A DNA stretch of 64,000 nucleotides. Source: the human T2T-CHM13v2.0 reference genome, Homo sapiens. This document shows, one piece after another, positions 43,191-55,945 of this stretch. Each line of letters begins with the position of its first letter. Position 1 is the first letter of the stretch. The notes below the pieces were generated by a model, which saw nothing but the letters and a program-made list of their open reading frames with translations, had not been told where the DNA came from and did not search any database. Position numbers and translations under genes: made by a program. The stretch lies in the NCBI RefSeq assembly GCF_009914755.1, contig NC_060926.1; one strand, 5' to 3'.

Positions 43191-46100
43191 TCCAAGATTC
43201 ATGTCTAGGAAAACCTCTGGGCACATGGTGGCTGGCCACTGGATTCTCCCTTGACATTGGTACTGGTTCCTGCCATCAGTATATCTGTAGATGGATCTTT
43301 CTGGTGTGGGCCCCACCCTTCATGGTCCCCACCACCTGGGGCTGAACAGGGAGATCGGATCAACTTTGTTTTCCATGAATTAACCCTTTGGCTGAGGCAA
43401 CAGAGAGCTTCTGCAAGGAAACAAGAGTCAAATACAGACCCAGTACATTGGCCATGACTGCCTCTTACCTGTAGGTACCATCCATGGGCTTGTAGGTTGA
43501 ACTGGATGGCACAATAAAAAACTGGATGGCACAAAAAAAAATAAAAATGGCACAATAAAAAACAAAATAAGTGCACAGGGCTATAGAATTAAAGCTAAAT
43601 GACTCCACACATCATTCTGTAGTCACATTCCCTAGGGAGGGGGGGAAAAGAATAGGGCAAAAATATTTCAGGGAAAGAAAGAAAAAAAATTCTACCCACA
43701 CAAAAAATAAAAGTGCCAATGTCTTGAGATAAGAAGGAACAAGCACAAGAATTCTGGCACCATGGAAAATCTGAATATAGTGACATCACCAAAGGATTGC
43801 ACTAGCTCTTTAGCAATGGGTCCAAAACAAAACAGAAACTTAGAAATGACAGATTAAAAAATTCAAAGTATGAATTGCAAGCATACTCAATGAGATCCGA
43901 GACATAATTGAAAATCAACGTAAAGAAGCTTCTAAAGCAATCCAGGAAATGAAGTAAAAAATAAACATCTTAAAAAGAAATCAATGAGAGCTTCTCAAAT
44001 AAAAAAAAACTCACTTATGGAATTTCAAAATACAGTAGAAAGTTTTATTAATAGACTGGACCAAGCAGAACAAATAATTTCAGAGCTTGACGAATGGTCT
44101 TTTGAACTAATCCAGTGAGGAAAAAAATAAAGCAAAAAGAATTTTTTTAAAAAATGAACAAAATCTTTGAGAAATATGGGGGTATGTAAAGAGAACAAAC
44201 TTATTAATTACCAGCATTCCTGAGAGAAAGAAAAAGAAAACAATCTGGGAAATATATTTGAGAGAGTAATTCAAGAAAACTCTAATTTTGCTAGAGAAGT
44301 AGATATCTAGACACAAGAAATCCAGAGAACATTTGTGAAATACTATACAAAATGAACATTATCAAGGCACACAGTCACCAGATTGCCCAAGGTCAACACT
44401 AAATAAAAAATCTTAAAGGCAGCTAAGGAAAAAAAAGGAACCCCATCAGGCTAACGGCAATCTTCTCACCAGAATCCTTATAAGCCAGAAGAGACTGTGG
44501 GCCTATTTTTAGAATTCTTAAAGAAAATAATTCCAATCAAGAATTTAATATTCTGCCAACCTAAGGCTTATAAGCAAAGAAGAAATAAAACATCTTCCAG
44601 ACAAACAAGCACTAAAGTAATTTATTACTACTAGACCAGCCTTAAGAAATTCCTAAGGAAGTTTATATACAATGACATAAAAGTATAATATCTGCTACCA
44701 AAAACACACACAAGTACATAGCCCACAGACCCAATAAAGCAACCACACAATAGAAACTGCAAAGGCACCAGCTAACAAATTCACAATAAGATTCAAACCT
44801 CACATGTTAATATTAAACTTGAAGGTACATGACCTAAATATTCCACTTCAAAGGCACAGAGTGGCAAGTTGGATAAAAAAATAAGACCCATCCATTTACT
44901 GTCTTCAAGAGACCCTTCTCACATGTAATGACACCCACAGGCTGAAAGTAAAGGGAAGGATAAATATTCATTATGCAAATAGAAATCAAAAAAGAGCAGA
45001 GGTCACTATCTTTTATATCATATAAAATAGACTTTAAAACAACAGTAAAAAAGGATGAAAAAGGGCATTATATAATGATAAAGAGTTTGATTCAACAAGA
45101 AGACTTAACTATTCTAAATAAATAAGTACCTACTGTGGGAGCACCCAGATTCATAAAAGAACTACTTCTAGGCTTACAAAAAGACTTAGGCAGTCACACG
45201 ATAGTCAGGGACTTTAACACCCCACTGATAGCATTAGATTGATCATTGAAGCAGACTCTAACAAGGGAATTCAGGACTTAAACTTGACACTTCACCAATT
45301 GGACCTAATGGACATCTACAGAATAGTCCACCCACCAACCACAGAATATACATTCTTCTCATCTGTACATGGAACATAGTCCAAGATTGATCACATGTTT
45401 GGCCTTAAAGCAAGTTTTGATAAGTTTAAAATAATCAAGATTCTACCAACCATACTCTACCAACCAGCTCTGTTACTACCAACCAACTCTATTTCACTAT
45501 AGTGAAATAGAAATAGAAATCAATACCAAAAAGATATCTCACAACCACACAATTACATGGAAATTTAATAACTTTCTCCTGAATGACTTTTGAGTAAACA
45601 AGGAAATCAAGGCAGGAATTCTTTTTAAAAATTAAAGTAAATGAAAACAGAGGCACAATATAACAAAAGCACTGAAATGCAACAAAAGAAGTGTTAAGAG
45701 AAAACTATGTAGCAGTAAACATCCACCTCAAAAAGTTATAAAGATCTCAAACTAATGATCAAGTATTACACCTAGAGGAACTAGCAAAACAAGAACAAAC
45801 TAATCCCAAAACCGGCAGAAGAAAAGAAATAACTAAAATAAGAGCAGAAATGAATGAAATTGAGACTCCAAAGTCCATATGAACAATCCAGGACACAAAA
45901 GTAGGTTTTTTTAAAGGATAAACAAGATTGATAGACCACTAGCTAGATTAACAAAGAAAAAAAAAAAGAAAAGATGCAAATAAGCACAATCAGAAACAAT
46001 GAAGGTGACATTACAAACAATCCCAAATAAATACAAAAGATCCTCAAAGACTATCATGAACACCTCTACTCACACAAACTAGAAAACCTAGAGGCAATGA

Positions 46101-46784
46101 ATAAATTCCAGGAGAGACACAAATTTCCTAGATTGAATTAGGAAAAATTTGAAAGGCTAAACAGTCCAACACTGAGTTCCAAAATTGAATTGGTAATAAA
46201 AATCTGCCAACTGCCAAAATTCCTTAACCAGATGGATTTACAGCCGAGTTCTATCAGAGGTACAAAGAACAGCCGATACTATTCCTACTAAAACTATTCG
46301 AAAAAACTGAGCAGGGGAGACTCTTCCCTAACTCATTCTATGAAGCCAACATCATCCTGATGCCACAACCTGGCAAAGACAAAATGAAAAAAGAAAAGTA
46401 CAAGCCAATATTTCTGATGAGCATATTTAAAAAATCCTCAACAAAATACTTGCAAACTGAATTCAATAGCACATCAAAAGGTTAATTCACCACGATCAAG
46501 TAGATTTAATTCCTGAAATGCAAGGTTGATTAAACATACACATATCAATAAATGTGCTTCATCAAAGAAACTGAATTAAAAACAAAAACCACATGATGAT
46601 CTCAATAGACGCAAAAAAGCTTTGCTAAAAAACAACATTCCTTCATATAAAACCTCAAGAAACTAGACATAGACAGAACATATGTCAAAATAATAAGAGC
46701 CATCTATGACAAACCGACTGCCAACATCGTATGGAATGGGCAAAAACTGGAATATTGCCCTTGAGAAACTGAACAAGCCAAGGA

Positions 46785-46916
46785 TGCCTATTCTCACCAC
46801 TTTTGTTAAACATAATACTGGACATGCTAGCCACAACAATCAGGCAAGAGTGCCTATTCTCACCACTTTTGTTAAACATAATACTGGACATGCTAGCCAC
46901 AACAATCAGGCAAGAG
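46785..46916 (+). repeat. Perfect 2 x 66-bp tandem duplication in L1 ORF2
   Basis: 46785-46850 is identical to 46851-46916. Confidence 0.98.
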
Positions 46917-47401
46917 TAAAAAATCAAAGGCATCCAAATAAGAAAAGAAGAAGTCAAATTATCTCTCTTCACTGATAATATGATTCTATACCTTGAAAAC
47001 CCTAAAGACTATGCCAAAAGATTCCCGGAACAGATAAACAACTTCAGTAAAGTTTTGGGATACAAAATCAATGTATGAAAATCAGTAGCATTTCTGTACA
47101 CCAATAAGGTATAAACCTGAGAACCAACTCAAGGAGGCAATCTCATTTTCAATAGTCTCACACAAAAATAAAATAACTAGTAATATATCTAACCAAGGAG
47201 GTGAAAAATCTCTAGAGGGAGAACTACAAATCAATGCTGAAAGAAATTTTAGATGAAAAACAAATGGAAGAACAATCCATGCTCATGGATTGAAGAATCA
47301 ATATCATTAAATGTTCATACTGCCCAAAGCAATCTGAAAATTCAATGCTATTCCTATCAAACTACCAACTTCATTTTCCACAGAACTGGAACAAACTATT
47401 C

Positions 47402-47600
47402 CTTTTAAAACCTTTTATTTTAGGTTTGGAGGTACATGTGAAGGTTTCTTATATAAGTAAACTCATGGAGGTTTGTTGTATATATTATTTCATCACCCAG
47501 GTATTAAGCCCAGTACCCAATAGTTATCTTTTCTGCTCTTCTCCCTTCACCCACCCTCCCCACCTCAAATAGATCCTAGTGTCTGTTGTTTCCTTTTTCA
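47402..47600 (-). mobile_element. 5'-truncated L1PA13-like 3' end nested in the L1PA16-like element
   Basis: 'ggtacatgtgaaggttt...cccaggtattaagcccagtacccaatagttatc'; TSD tggaacaaactattc (47387-47401) / tagaacagactattc (47601-47615). Confidence 0.9.
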
Positions 47601-48862
47601 TAGAACAGACTATTCTAAAATTAACTTGAAACCAAAAGGCCAAATATCCAAAGCAATTCTAAGCAAAATAAACATAGTTGGAGGCATCACATTATCAAAC
47701 TTCAAACTATACTATCAGGATACAGTAATCAAAACAGCATGGTACTGGTATAGAAACAGACACATAGACCAATGGAACAGAATTGATAACCCAGAAATAA
47801 AGCTACACAAATACAGCCACCAAATATTCAACTAAGTTGCCAAAAATAAGCAATGAGGAAAGGACTTTCTATTCAACAAATGGTGCTGGGATACTTGTGT
47901 AGCCATATGCAGAAGAATAACACTGGATCCATATCTTTCACAATATATAAAAATTAACAGATGATGGATTAAAGAATTAAATGTAAGACATCAACCTAAA
48001 AAAACCCTAGCAGAAAACCCAGGAACCATTCTGAATATCAGCCACGGGAAAGGATTTATGACTAAGTCCTCAAAAGCAATTGCAACAAAAGCAAAAATTG
48101 ACAAGTTGGGACACAATTAAACTAAAGAGGTCCTGCACAGAAAAAGAAACTTATCAACAGAGTAAACAGGCAACCTACAGAATGGGAGAAAATATTCACA
48201 AACTATGTATGCATCTAACAGAGGTCTAATATCCAGAATCTATCTGAAACTTAAGCAAATCAACCAGCAAAAACCAAATAACCCCATTAAAAAATGTGCA
48301 AAATACCTGAATAGATACTTCTCAGAAGAAGACAAACAAGAAGTCATCAAGTATATAAAAAAATGCTCCACATCAGTAATCATCAGAGAAATGCAATTCC
48401 AAACCGTGATGAAATACCACCTCACACCTGTCAGAATGGCTATTAATAAAAAGTCAGAAAACAGCAGATGTTGGCAAGGCTGAAGAGAAAAAGGGTACAC
48501 TAAAGCACTGTTGGTTGAAATGTACATTAGTTCCATCATCATGTAAAGCAGTCTGGAGATTTCTCAGAGAACCTAAAACAAAACAACTATTCAACCCATC
48601 AATGTAAAGAAAACAAATTATTCTGCAGAAAAAGACCCATGCATTCGCACGATCACTGGAGCACTGTATATGGTAGCTAGACATGGAATCAATCTAGGTG
48701 TCCATAAATGGTTGCTTGGATAAAGAAAATGTGGCATATATACACCTTAGAATAGTATGCAGCCATAATAAAGAATAAAATCATGTCCTTTGTGGCAACA
48801 AGGATGCAGCCAGAGGCCATTTTCATAACTAAATTAATGAAGGAAAAGGAAAAGAAAATCTT

Positions 48863-49054
48863 TTTGCATCAATCTTTTGTGTGGAAATGTGTCTTCATTT
48901 GTATAGGAATGGAATCAGTAGGTAGTATGTCAACTCTCTGCAAATTCTGTAGAAAACCACTGCAAAACTTTTGTACCGGTTTGCATTTCCACTAATGTTG
49001 CATGAATTTCAGTTGCATGGCATCTTCACCAACAGTTGATGTTGTCTTTCATTT
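48863..49054 (-). repeat. Inverted copy of 50055-50247
   Basis: Manual alignment shows 9 mismatches and 1 indel in ~193 bp. Confidence 0.95.
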
Positions 49055-49495
49055 CATTTATTTATAAATCTTGTAAGTGAGAGCTAAACATTGGGTACTC
49101 ATGGACATAAATCTAGGAACAATAGGTAATGGGGACTACAGGGCGGGAGGGAGTGTGGGAAAGGGTAAGGGTTAAAAAACTAACTGTTGGGTACTATGCT
49201 GGGTACCTTGGTGATGGGATCATTTGTACTTCAAACCTTAGCAGCACTCAATGGTCCCATGTAACAAAACTGCACATGTACCCACTGAATCTAAAATATG
49301 AGTTGGAAAAAAAAAACCTAAGATAATTGGTTACCAGCATACCTGCCCTAAAAGAATGTTTAAAAATAGTTATCCAAAGATAAAGAAAATGATAATAAAA
49401 ATGAACCTTGAAATAACAGGAGGGAGAAATAACACAGTAAGCAAAAATATGGGAAATACAATACTTTTCTTCTTTTCATGAGTTTTCTGATGTGT

Positions 49496-50465
49496 TCGTA
49501 GATTTGAAGACTCAATATTATTGAGATGTCATTTTTCCCCAATTACTGCTGGAGCCAACATGTTCCTAAGCAAAATCTGATTTTTTATTCATTTTCTTAA
49601 AAATTGACAAGCTATTTCTAAAATGTTTATGAAAAAGCAGCAGGTCTAAAATAATCAAAGCAATATTGAAGAAAAACACTGGAGAATTTGTACTATTTGT
49701 TTTTAAGTTCCAAAAGAGACAGTAGTTAAAAAAGGCTTGTATTATGAATTTGTGTTCAAGATATCAGTTTTCTTTTATGATTTTTGCTTTTTGTGTACTA
49801 TGAAATTTTTTGCTCTTTGAGAGAGTTAAGCAAATGACAACAGATATACTAGGAAAAATATTTTAAGACACATATCAGAAAATAACTTATTACACAGAAA
49901 ACATTCAACAATGAAACAAGTATAAAAATAACCAGTACAGACATTTTCTTAAAGAGAAAGTATAGATGGAAAATAACCATAAAAAAAGATACTAGATAAA
50001 CTCAAATTAATACCACAAAGGATAGCATTATACACCAATGAAAATGGCTTAGAAAAATGAAAGACAACATCAACTGTTTGGTGAAGATGCCATGCAACTG
50101 AAATTCATGCAACATTAGTGGAAATGCAAACCGGTACAATAATTTGGCAGTAGTTTTCTGTAGAATTTGCATAGAGTTGACATACTACCTACTGATTCCA
50201 TTCCTATACAAATGAAGATACATTTCCACACAAAAGATTTATGCAAATTTATAGGAGTTTTATTCAAAATTACCAAAAACTATATGAAATGTCATTTATA
50301 TGGCATTGTGGAAAAGGTAAAATTACAGCAACAGGCAAGTGATCAGTAGATGCTTCTGGTCAGAGGTGACTATAAAGGGATAAAAGGAAACTTTGTGGAG
50401 TTGATTGTGGTGGTGGTTATGTAACTTATGTGTGTGCAATATATTTATATATACATACATACACA
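49496..50465 (+). mobile_element. Ancient L1M(E) ORF2 3' and 3' UTR fragments, with a short inverted piece at ~49745-49810
   Basis: 'gaagactcaatattattgagatgtc', 'aaattgacaagctatttctaaaatgtttat', 'ggtgaagatgccatgcaactgaaattc', 'ttgattgtggtggtggttat'. Confidence 0.7.
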
Positions 50466-53400
50466 CAGATATCTGTGGATGACTTCACGTTGTTCTCTAG
50501 TGTTTCTTTGTTCCACACACATTCACATCTCTATTCTGTTTCTCTTTGTTCATGGAGGACTAATTTGATACATTTAATTCATAGGTATGAGGCATCCTTA
50601 GAATCACTATTAATATTAATTATAACTTTTATTCTGGTATTAATTTTGTGTCAATTGTTTAAGTTTTTATTCTACCATTTTTTAAATGATATTTTAAATA
50701 ATTTTTTTAGAGATTTTAAAGAGTTTTCAAGTGTTCAGCTTCTTAAGTCATAGAGAACAGAAGAGATTTAGGGAGTAATGTATATGTCTTACAAAGTATT
50801 TTATGTTATACTTAAGTTCATGGATCACATACAAAGGTTTTAAATTAGACAAGGATTTGGGCCCAAGGGAAAAGAATGGTCATATTTACACAACATAAAA
50901 CTCAGTTATCTTGTTCATTTTGATAAATAATGAGAAATGAGCTAATAGTCTAACCTCAAACTCACTTTTTTTTGTTGTTTGCAAGCTATTATAGACTTCA
51001 TGCTCTTATAAAATAACCAGTTTTTTTTCCACAGTTTGGTAATATTACAATATAAAAATTTGTGAGAATTATGTTTTTACAAATTGAAATAAAATTTCCA
51101 GCACAATTCATATCCATGATCTGCTTTTGAAAAGAATAAAATACACAATACTGCATCTTTTTGTTAAAATGCATAACAGTTTAATGAATACTTAATGATT
51201 GTAGATATCATTATGTTATGAACTCTTATTTTTTATGATACTTTTTTCTTCTTTGTTGCCATTGCTATATATTAAAAAATATAAGTAATGATTAGAGGAG
51301 AATTCTAATCGTTTGATAATTTTCATTTGTGAACTATAATTATATCTTAACCTAGAAAGACAAGTTGATCCAATGACTTCTGTGAAAAAATAAGCCTAGG
51401 ATGCTATATATTCCTCTCCACTTCCTTTTATCGGAGCAAGCTTCCTTGAATAACTACTCAATGATGGAATCCACTTATTTCCATTTTGTCCATTTGACTC
51501 AACTGAAACTATTTCTAAAGTAAATTACTACTTTTTCATTGGTAGGTATTAACAGCTTCCTATCAGTATTTTAATAGGGGTTTTAGATCATTTTATCATT
51601 TGAAATTCTTTGTTCTGGAATGAATTTTTACATTTAATAAATAGAACAAGTCATATTTGCAGCTAATTGCTTAGATAATATTTACACTAATTTGAATAAA
51701 TGAGTAAGAATATAGTATTTCAAGTTAAATTCCTATTCTCTTACTTAACCCATCTCTGTACTCAGGAAAGAGGCAATATTTGCATTTGAACTTTCTGGAT
51801 AAAGAATTGCTACATAATTATATTCTAATGTATTCTGACTAATTTGAGAAGCTTCAATGTTGAAACTCAAATAGAAGATATGAAAGTTCTCAGAGGTGTG
51901 GAATTTCATTTTGACCTGAGTTCTTTCTGTGATTGCAGATAATGCTGTTCATATCACATGAGATTGAATATTTTTTAAACCTAAAATAATATTAATACCT
52001 ATTCTAAAAATTCAAATAATAAATTCTTCCATTGTGTCATCTGAGCCACCCCAATTCTTACAGATGAAGTAAGCAACTTACACAGGACACCTTTTAAAGC
52101 TATGTACATTTTAAAATAAAGGTTGTAATCAGATACACATCTTTAAAAGATTTTAGTCCAGCCTATCTATACTTTGACAAAGATGGCTTTCATGGATATA
52201 GAGCTAGCTATAAAATATAATGCCAACAAGCTATCATTGATATATAGTTTCATGTAAAAGAAGAGTTAGGTATATGGGAGAAAAGCCACAGTCATCTTGA
52301 GTAAATTGTAGCTTATTAGAACCAGTCAGGGTAATCGGAAAATTTCAATCCAATGTATATTAGATTATGCCCCCCAAGGTATCAGTGCAGCTGTCCAGAT
52401 CCCTCATTAAAAAGACCTTTAGCCAACTGGACTTATCAGTATTTCACTGTTGTTTCCTCTTTGCATGGTTACATATAAATGCTTGATTTCCTCGTACAAT
52501 TGGTCCTTTTCTTTGTGTTTCCAAATCTAACACTTATTTTCAAATTACTAGCAGTGTAAATCAAGAAAATTATCACCCTAAAAAAATTCCTAAACCACAA
52601 TTTATGAACCCATTAAAATATCTATAAATAATTAGTAAATACTTAGATTAAAATGACTGGAATTTTTATCTTCAGACTCATATTTTGCGTTATTTAACTG
52701 ATGGCTGCTGCTCAAATAACCAGGTGGCCTGTCAAAACAAAATAAGAATAGAACTGAAAGCAAAATAGTAATGTATCATATTGATTTGCAAACAGCTGCT
52801 ATAAAGAGGACAAATGAAAACAGTGAATAGATAAGCCAGTAAACTAAGAAGTAACACTGACATCTTTTGAATCTGGCAAACCAGAGTCTGTTCAGACAAT
52901 GGATTTGTTTTGAATTGCAGAGGAAATACTACTTTATGCAAGTGGGTGATAAACTTATGGAACACATTGCAACAAGCTATGTACTGGTAGGATATGTAAT
53001 GAATTTTATAAACATTTAGGCTGATTTACAAAAGGCAGATCAATAAACAGTGTCTAAAGGAAAATGAAGTATCCTAACTACTGAGGCCTCTGCTTGCTTT
53101 CAGAGCCCCTGTTAACAAGCAAATATTATACTAGGAGGACCATAGTTATAATGTAATATATAAATTCTTGTATTTCTGTATTGTAATTATCAATCTCCTT
53201 TCTCAGCACCAGCAATATATAGTCTCTTCAGAATTTATTCCTCCCTGGATATTGAGCTACGTTATTATTCCTCATGGCTCCTTGTCCAGTTCATATTATT
53301 CTAAATATTAAATGTTTGGGTAGTACTTTATGCCTTTATGATATTAGTGCAATAGGTGATGAAACTTACCAAATCTGTGGTATATCTCCACAATAAAATG

Positions 53401-53907
53401 AACAGACTTAAGCACAAAAGATAACATGCATATTAATTTGCTGTATTGTGTTAAAAGTCACCCTCTGTTTTCAGCCTTCACACATTCTGGAAAACAAACA
53501 ATAATACATCATTATGTAACAGTTTTTAAAACTCCATTATTTTCTGGATATTTATTAGCTATTGTGGATAGTAATATCTATGACATATTCCTTGCCTTAA
53601 TAGTAGTTATAATCCACTTGGGGCCATTAAAAATAAAATAATTTAAAAACTGAGAAACTGATTTTGATTTGTCAGTTGAATGATGCAGTGTAAACTTTCT
53701 ACAGCAGTTTTATAGGTAAATGTTATCACTGAGTATAAGTATGGTAAACGCAGCCTCCATCTGAGATATTCTTAAGGCAAACTAGAGTGTGAAGAGGTTT
53801 CTGGCATGAGCTAACAGACAGAGTCTACAGAACACTTAGTATTATAAGAAGTGGTATGGGTAAAAAGTTCAGCTGGACACAAGTGATGAAATAATTTACA
53901 TCCCAAT

Positions 53908-54690
53908 GTGCCAGTTCTGGGGATGTTTGCCCTCAGATCCATTCCCACCTTTTCTTTGCTATGCTGTGTGTAGCAGGGAGGATAATGGGCTTCATGCAGA
54001 TTGGTTTTCATCCAAGTTGAACCAATAGGAGACACTGGAGAAAACTAGGAAGGTGGTAGGAAGAGAAAGGCAAAGAAAGATGTGCATCTCTGCCTCTGGT
54101 GGTCTCTCTGGCAGTTGCTATACCCTGGGCTTCAGGTTCTAGTAAATCACAACACCCATTTGTCCTTAGAAAATAGAGCTAGAAGATGGCTTTCTGCTAA
54201 TCTCTACCTCTCTCTCCTTTCTAGTTTACCAATTTTTCTTTTACTTTTTGTATTAGTCCATTTTCATACTGCTGTAAAGAACTGCCTAACTGGGTAATTT
54301 GTAAAGGAAAGAGGATTAATTGACTCACAGTTCAGCGTGGCTGGGGAGGCCTCAGGAAATATATGATCATGGTGGAAGGAGAAGGGGAAGCAAGGCACCT
54401 TCTTCACAAGGCGGCAGGAAGAAGTGTCAAGCGAAGGGGGAAGAGCCCCTTAAAAATCCATCAGATGTCATGAGAACTCACTCACTATCACGAGAACAGT
54501 GTGAGAGAAACTGCCCCCATGGTCCAATTATCTCCACCTGGTCTCTCCCTTGACACATGGGGGTTGTGGAGATTACAATTCAAGATGAGATTTGGGTAGG
54601 GACACAAAGCCTAACCATATCACTTGTGTAAAAGTTTCTTTCTTTAAATTCCATTTGTTTTCAATACACAGAAAAGTTTCTCAGATTATT
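53908..54690 (+). mobile_element. Old ERVL LTR (LTR33/LTR41-like) interrupted by THE1D
   Basis: 'aagttgaaccaataggagacactggagaaaactaggaaggtggtagg' and 3' 'gtgtaaaagtttctttctttaaattcc'. Confidence 0.55.
54249..54622 (-). mobile_element. THE1D solo LTR
   Basis: 'tgtattagtccattttcatactgctg' to 'gggacacaaagcctaaccatatca'; TSD ctttt / cttgt. Confidence 0.93.
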
Positions 54691-54839
54691 ATTTAACCAG
54701 TGCAGGCTAGATTCCAATTAATGTAACTAAACTAGAGTTTGGATTTCCTATAGACAAAAAAAGTGCCCTTTAGGATTATAGAAGGAAGATTTTTATACCT
54801 TAATTATCAAAAATTTTCTAAAACAATCCTTTACAGGGT

Positions 54840-55200
54840 AACATTTTTAGAAACAGTGTAGTTGTACAATTTACATGATTTAAAATTCACCAGTTTTAAG
54901 TGTAACAAGTCAATAATTTTAAGTGAATTCTCACTTAGCATAAAATATTGAAAGTTCAATCATGTTGCAACAGGTATCTGCACTTCATTTCATTGCCAAA
55001 TAATATATTGTATGGATATAGCACATTACTTACTCCATTCAATAGTTGGTTGACTTTTGGATTATTTCCATATTTTGACTATTAGGAATACTGCTATGAT
55101 AAAAATTTGCCCAAAAGTCTTTGTGTGGACCTGTGTTATTATCTCTCCTGGGTGTATACCTAGGAGATGAATGGTGGGGTCCTAGGCCAAATCTAGCATT
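54840..55200 (-). mobile_element. Old L1M 3' fragment
   Basis: 'ctcacttagcataaaata...tattgtatggatatagcac...aagtctttgtgtggac...gggtgtatacctaggag'. Confidence 0.75.
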
Positions 55201-55204
55201 TTAA

Positions 55205-55945
55205 CAACAAGAGCTTTCTAGATACTTCGGCATAGCACATGTATTACAGTGAGAAATTTCCCATGAAACTCTTAAATTTTGCCAATTTACCAAAGTCTGT
55301 GGCATACTGGATAATACCTACCATAGTAAATTTTTTGTTGCTCAATATTTTAGTGTTAAGAGGGAAGCACAATGCTTGCTGGGGTCTTTTGCATTGTATT
55401 GGAACTATGTTCCAATTAGGGAGGTAAATTCTTAACTGATTTACCAAATAATGCAAAAGGCTTCCCTGTCCGAATGGGCCATAGTGCAAAAGGAGACTTT
55501 CTATAAGGTCCAGGCTCACTGGTAAGGAGGATCTACGAATTGGTACTCTGTAACCTCATAGGTTCAAGGGCCTGATATATCTTGAAGGAGATATGGAAGT
55601 CTCACAAGACCTGACCTATGAGTCACAGTACACATTCTGAGAATTTTGTAGTCAACTAATACTGTCTTTGGCAGTTCTGAGAGTTTTTCTTTGCTTGACA
55701 GTGGGCTTAATAGATCCTATGATAAGCCTTAATGAACAAATCAAGAGGAGGCTCCCAGGTTCTCAACCGGTAAAAAGACATTATCATTTTTAGAGACAGC
55801 TCCTGGCTTCTTACACAGCTCTCATGGAGTCTGAGTTCCTGACAATGAATACCAAGAAAACTCTGACTCAAGCAGCACATCATCATTTGGGACCATAAAG
55901 TTAGTCATGCCATGAAATGCTTCATGAATGTATAAAAAGCACATT
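55205..55945 (+). pseudogene. Ancient ERVL pol relic (RT thumb/connection and RNase H-like region)
   Basis: Manual translation gives EAQCLLGSFALYWNYVP..LIYQIMQKASLSEWAIVQKETFYKVQA and RQLLASYTALMESEFLTM..IIIWDHKVSHA, colinear with recalled HERV-L Pol (EAQRLVGLFGFWRQHIP..IYRVTRKAASFEWG..QVQA; KQLLACYWALVETERLTM..HKVGRA). Confidence 0.8.

Larger units (their letters stand above)
41945..49316 (+). mobile_element. Near full-length, dead L1PA16/17-like LINE (5' UTR with repeats, ORF1 from ~43720, ORF2 ~44780-48830, 3' UTR, A-tail)
   Basis: 'cccaagatagtaga' start; EN 'gacccatccatttactgtcttcaagagac'; [13 protein letters not shown] at ~46962; 3' UTR 'gggtactcatggacataaa...tgcacatgtacccactgaatctaaaata'; degenerate TSD aaaaccacaataatt / aaaacctaagataatt. 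Confidence 0.9.
40296..49495 (+). mobile_element. Old L1MC/MD-type 5' UTR and ORF1 (40296-41944, resuming 49317-49495); host of the L1PA16-like element
   Basis: 5' terminus 'ggacttctgcttttggaaagatggagtag'; ORF1 'aaatcttgaaagcagcgaaagagaaac'; resumes 'ttaccagcatacctgccctaaaagaatgtt'. Confidence 0.8.
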
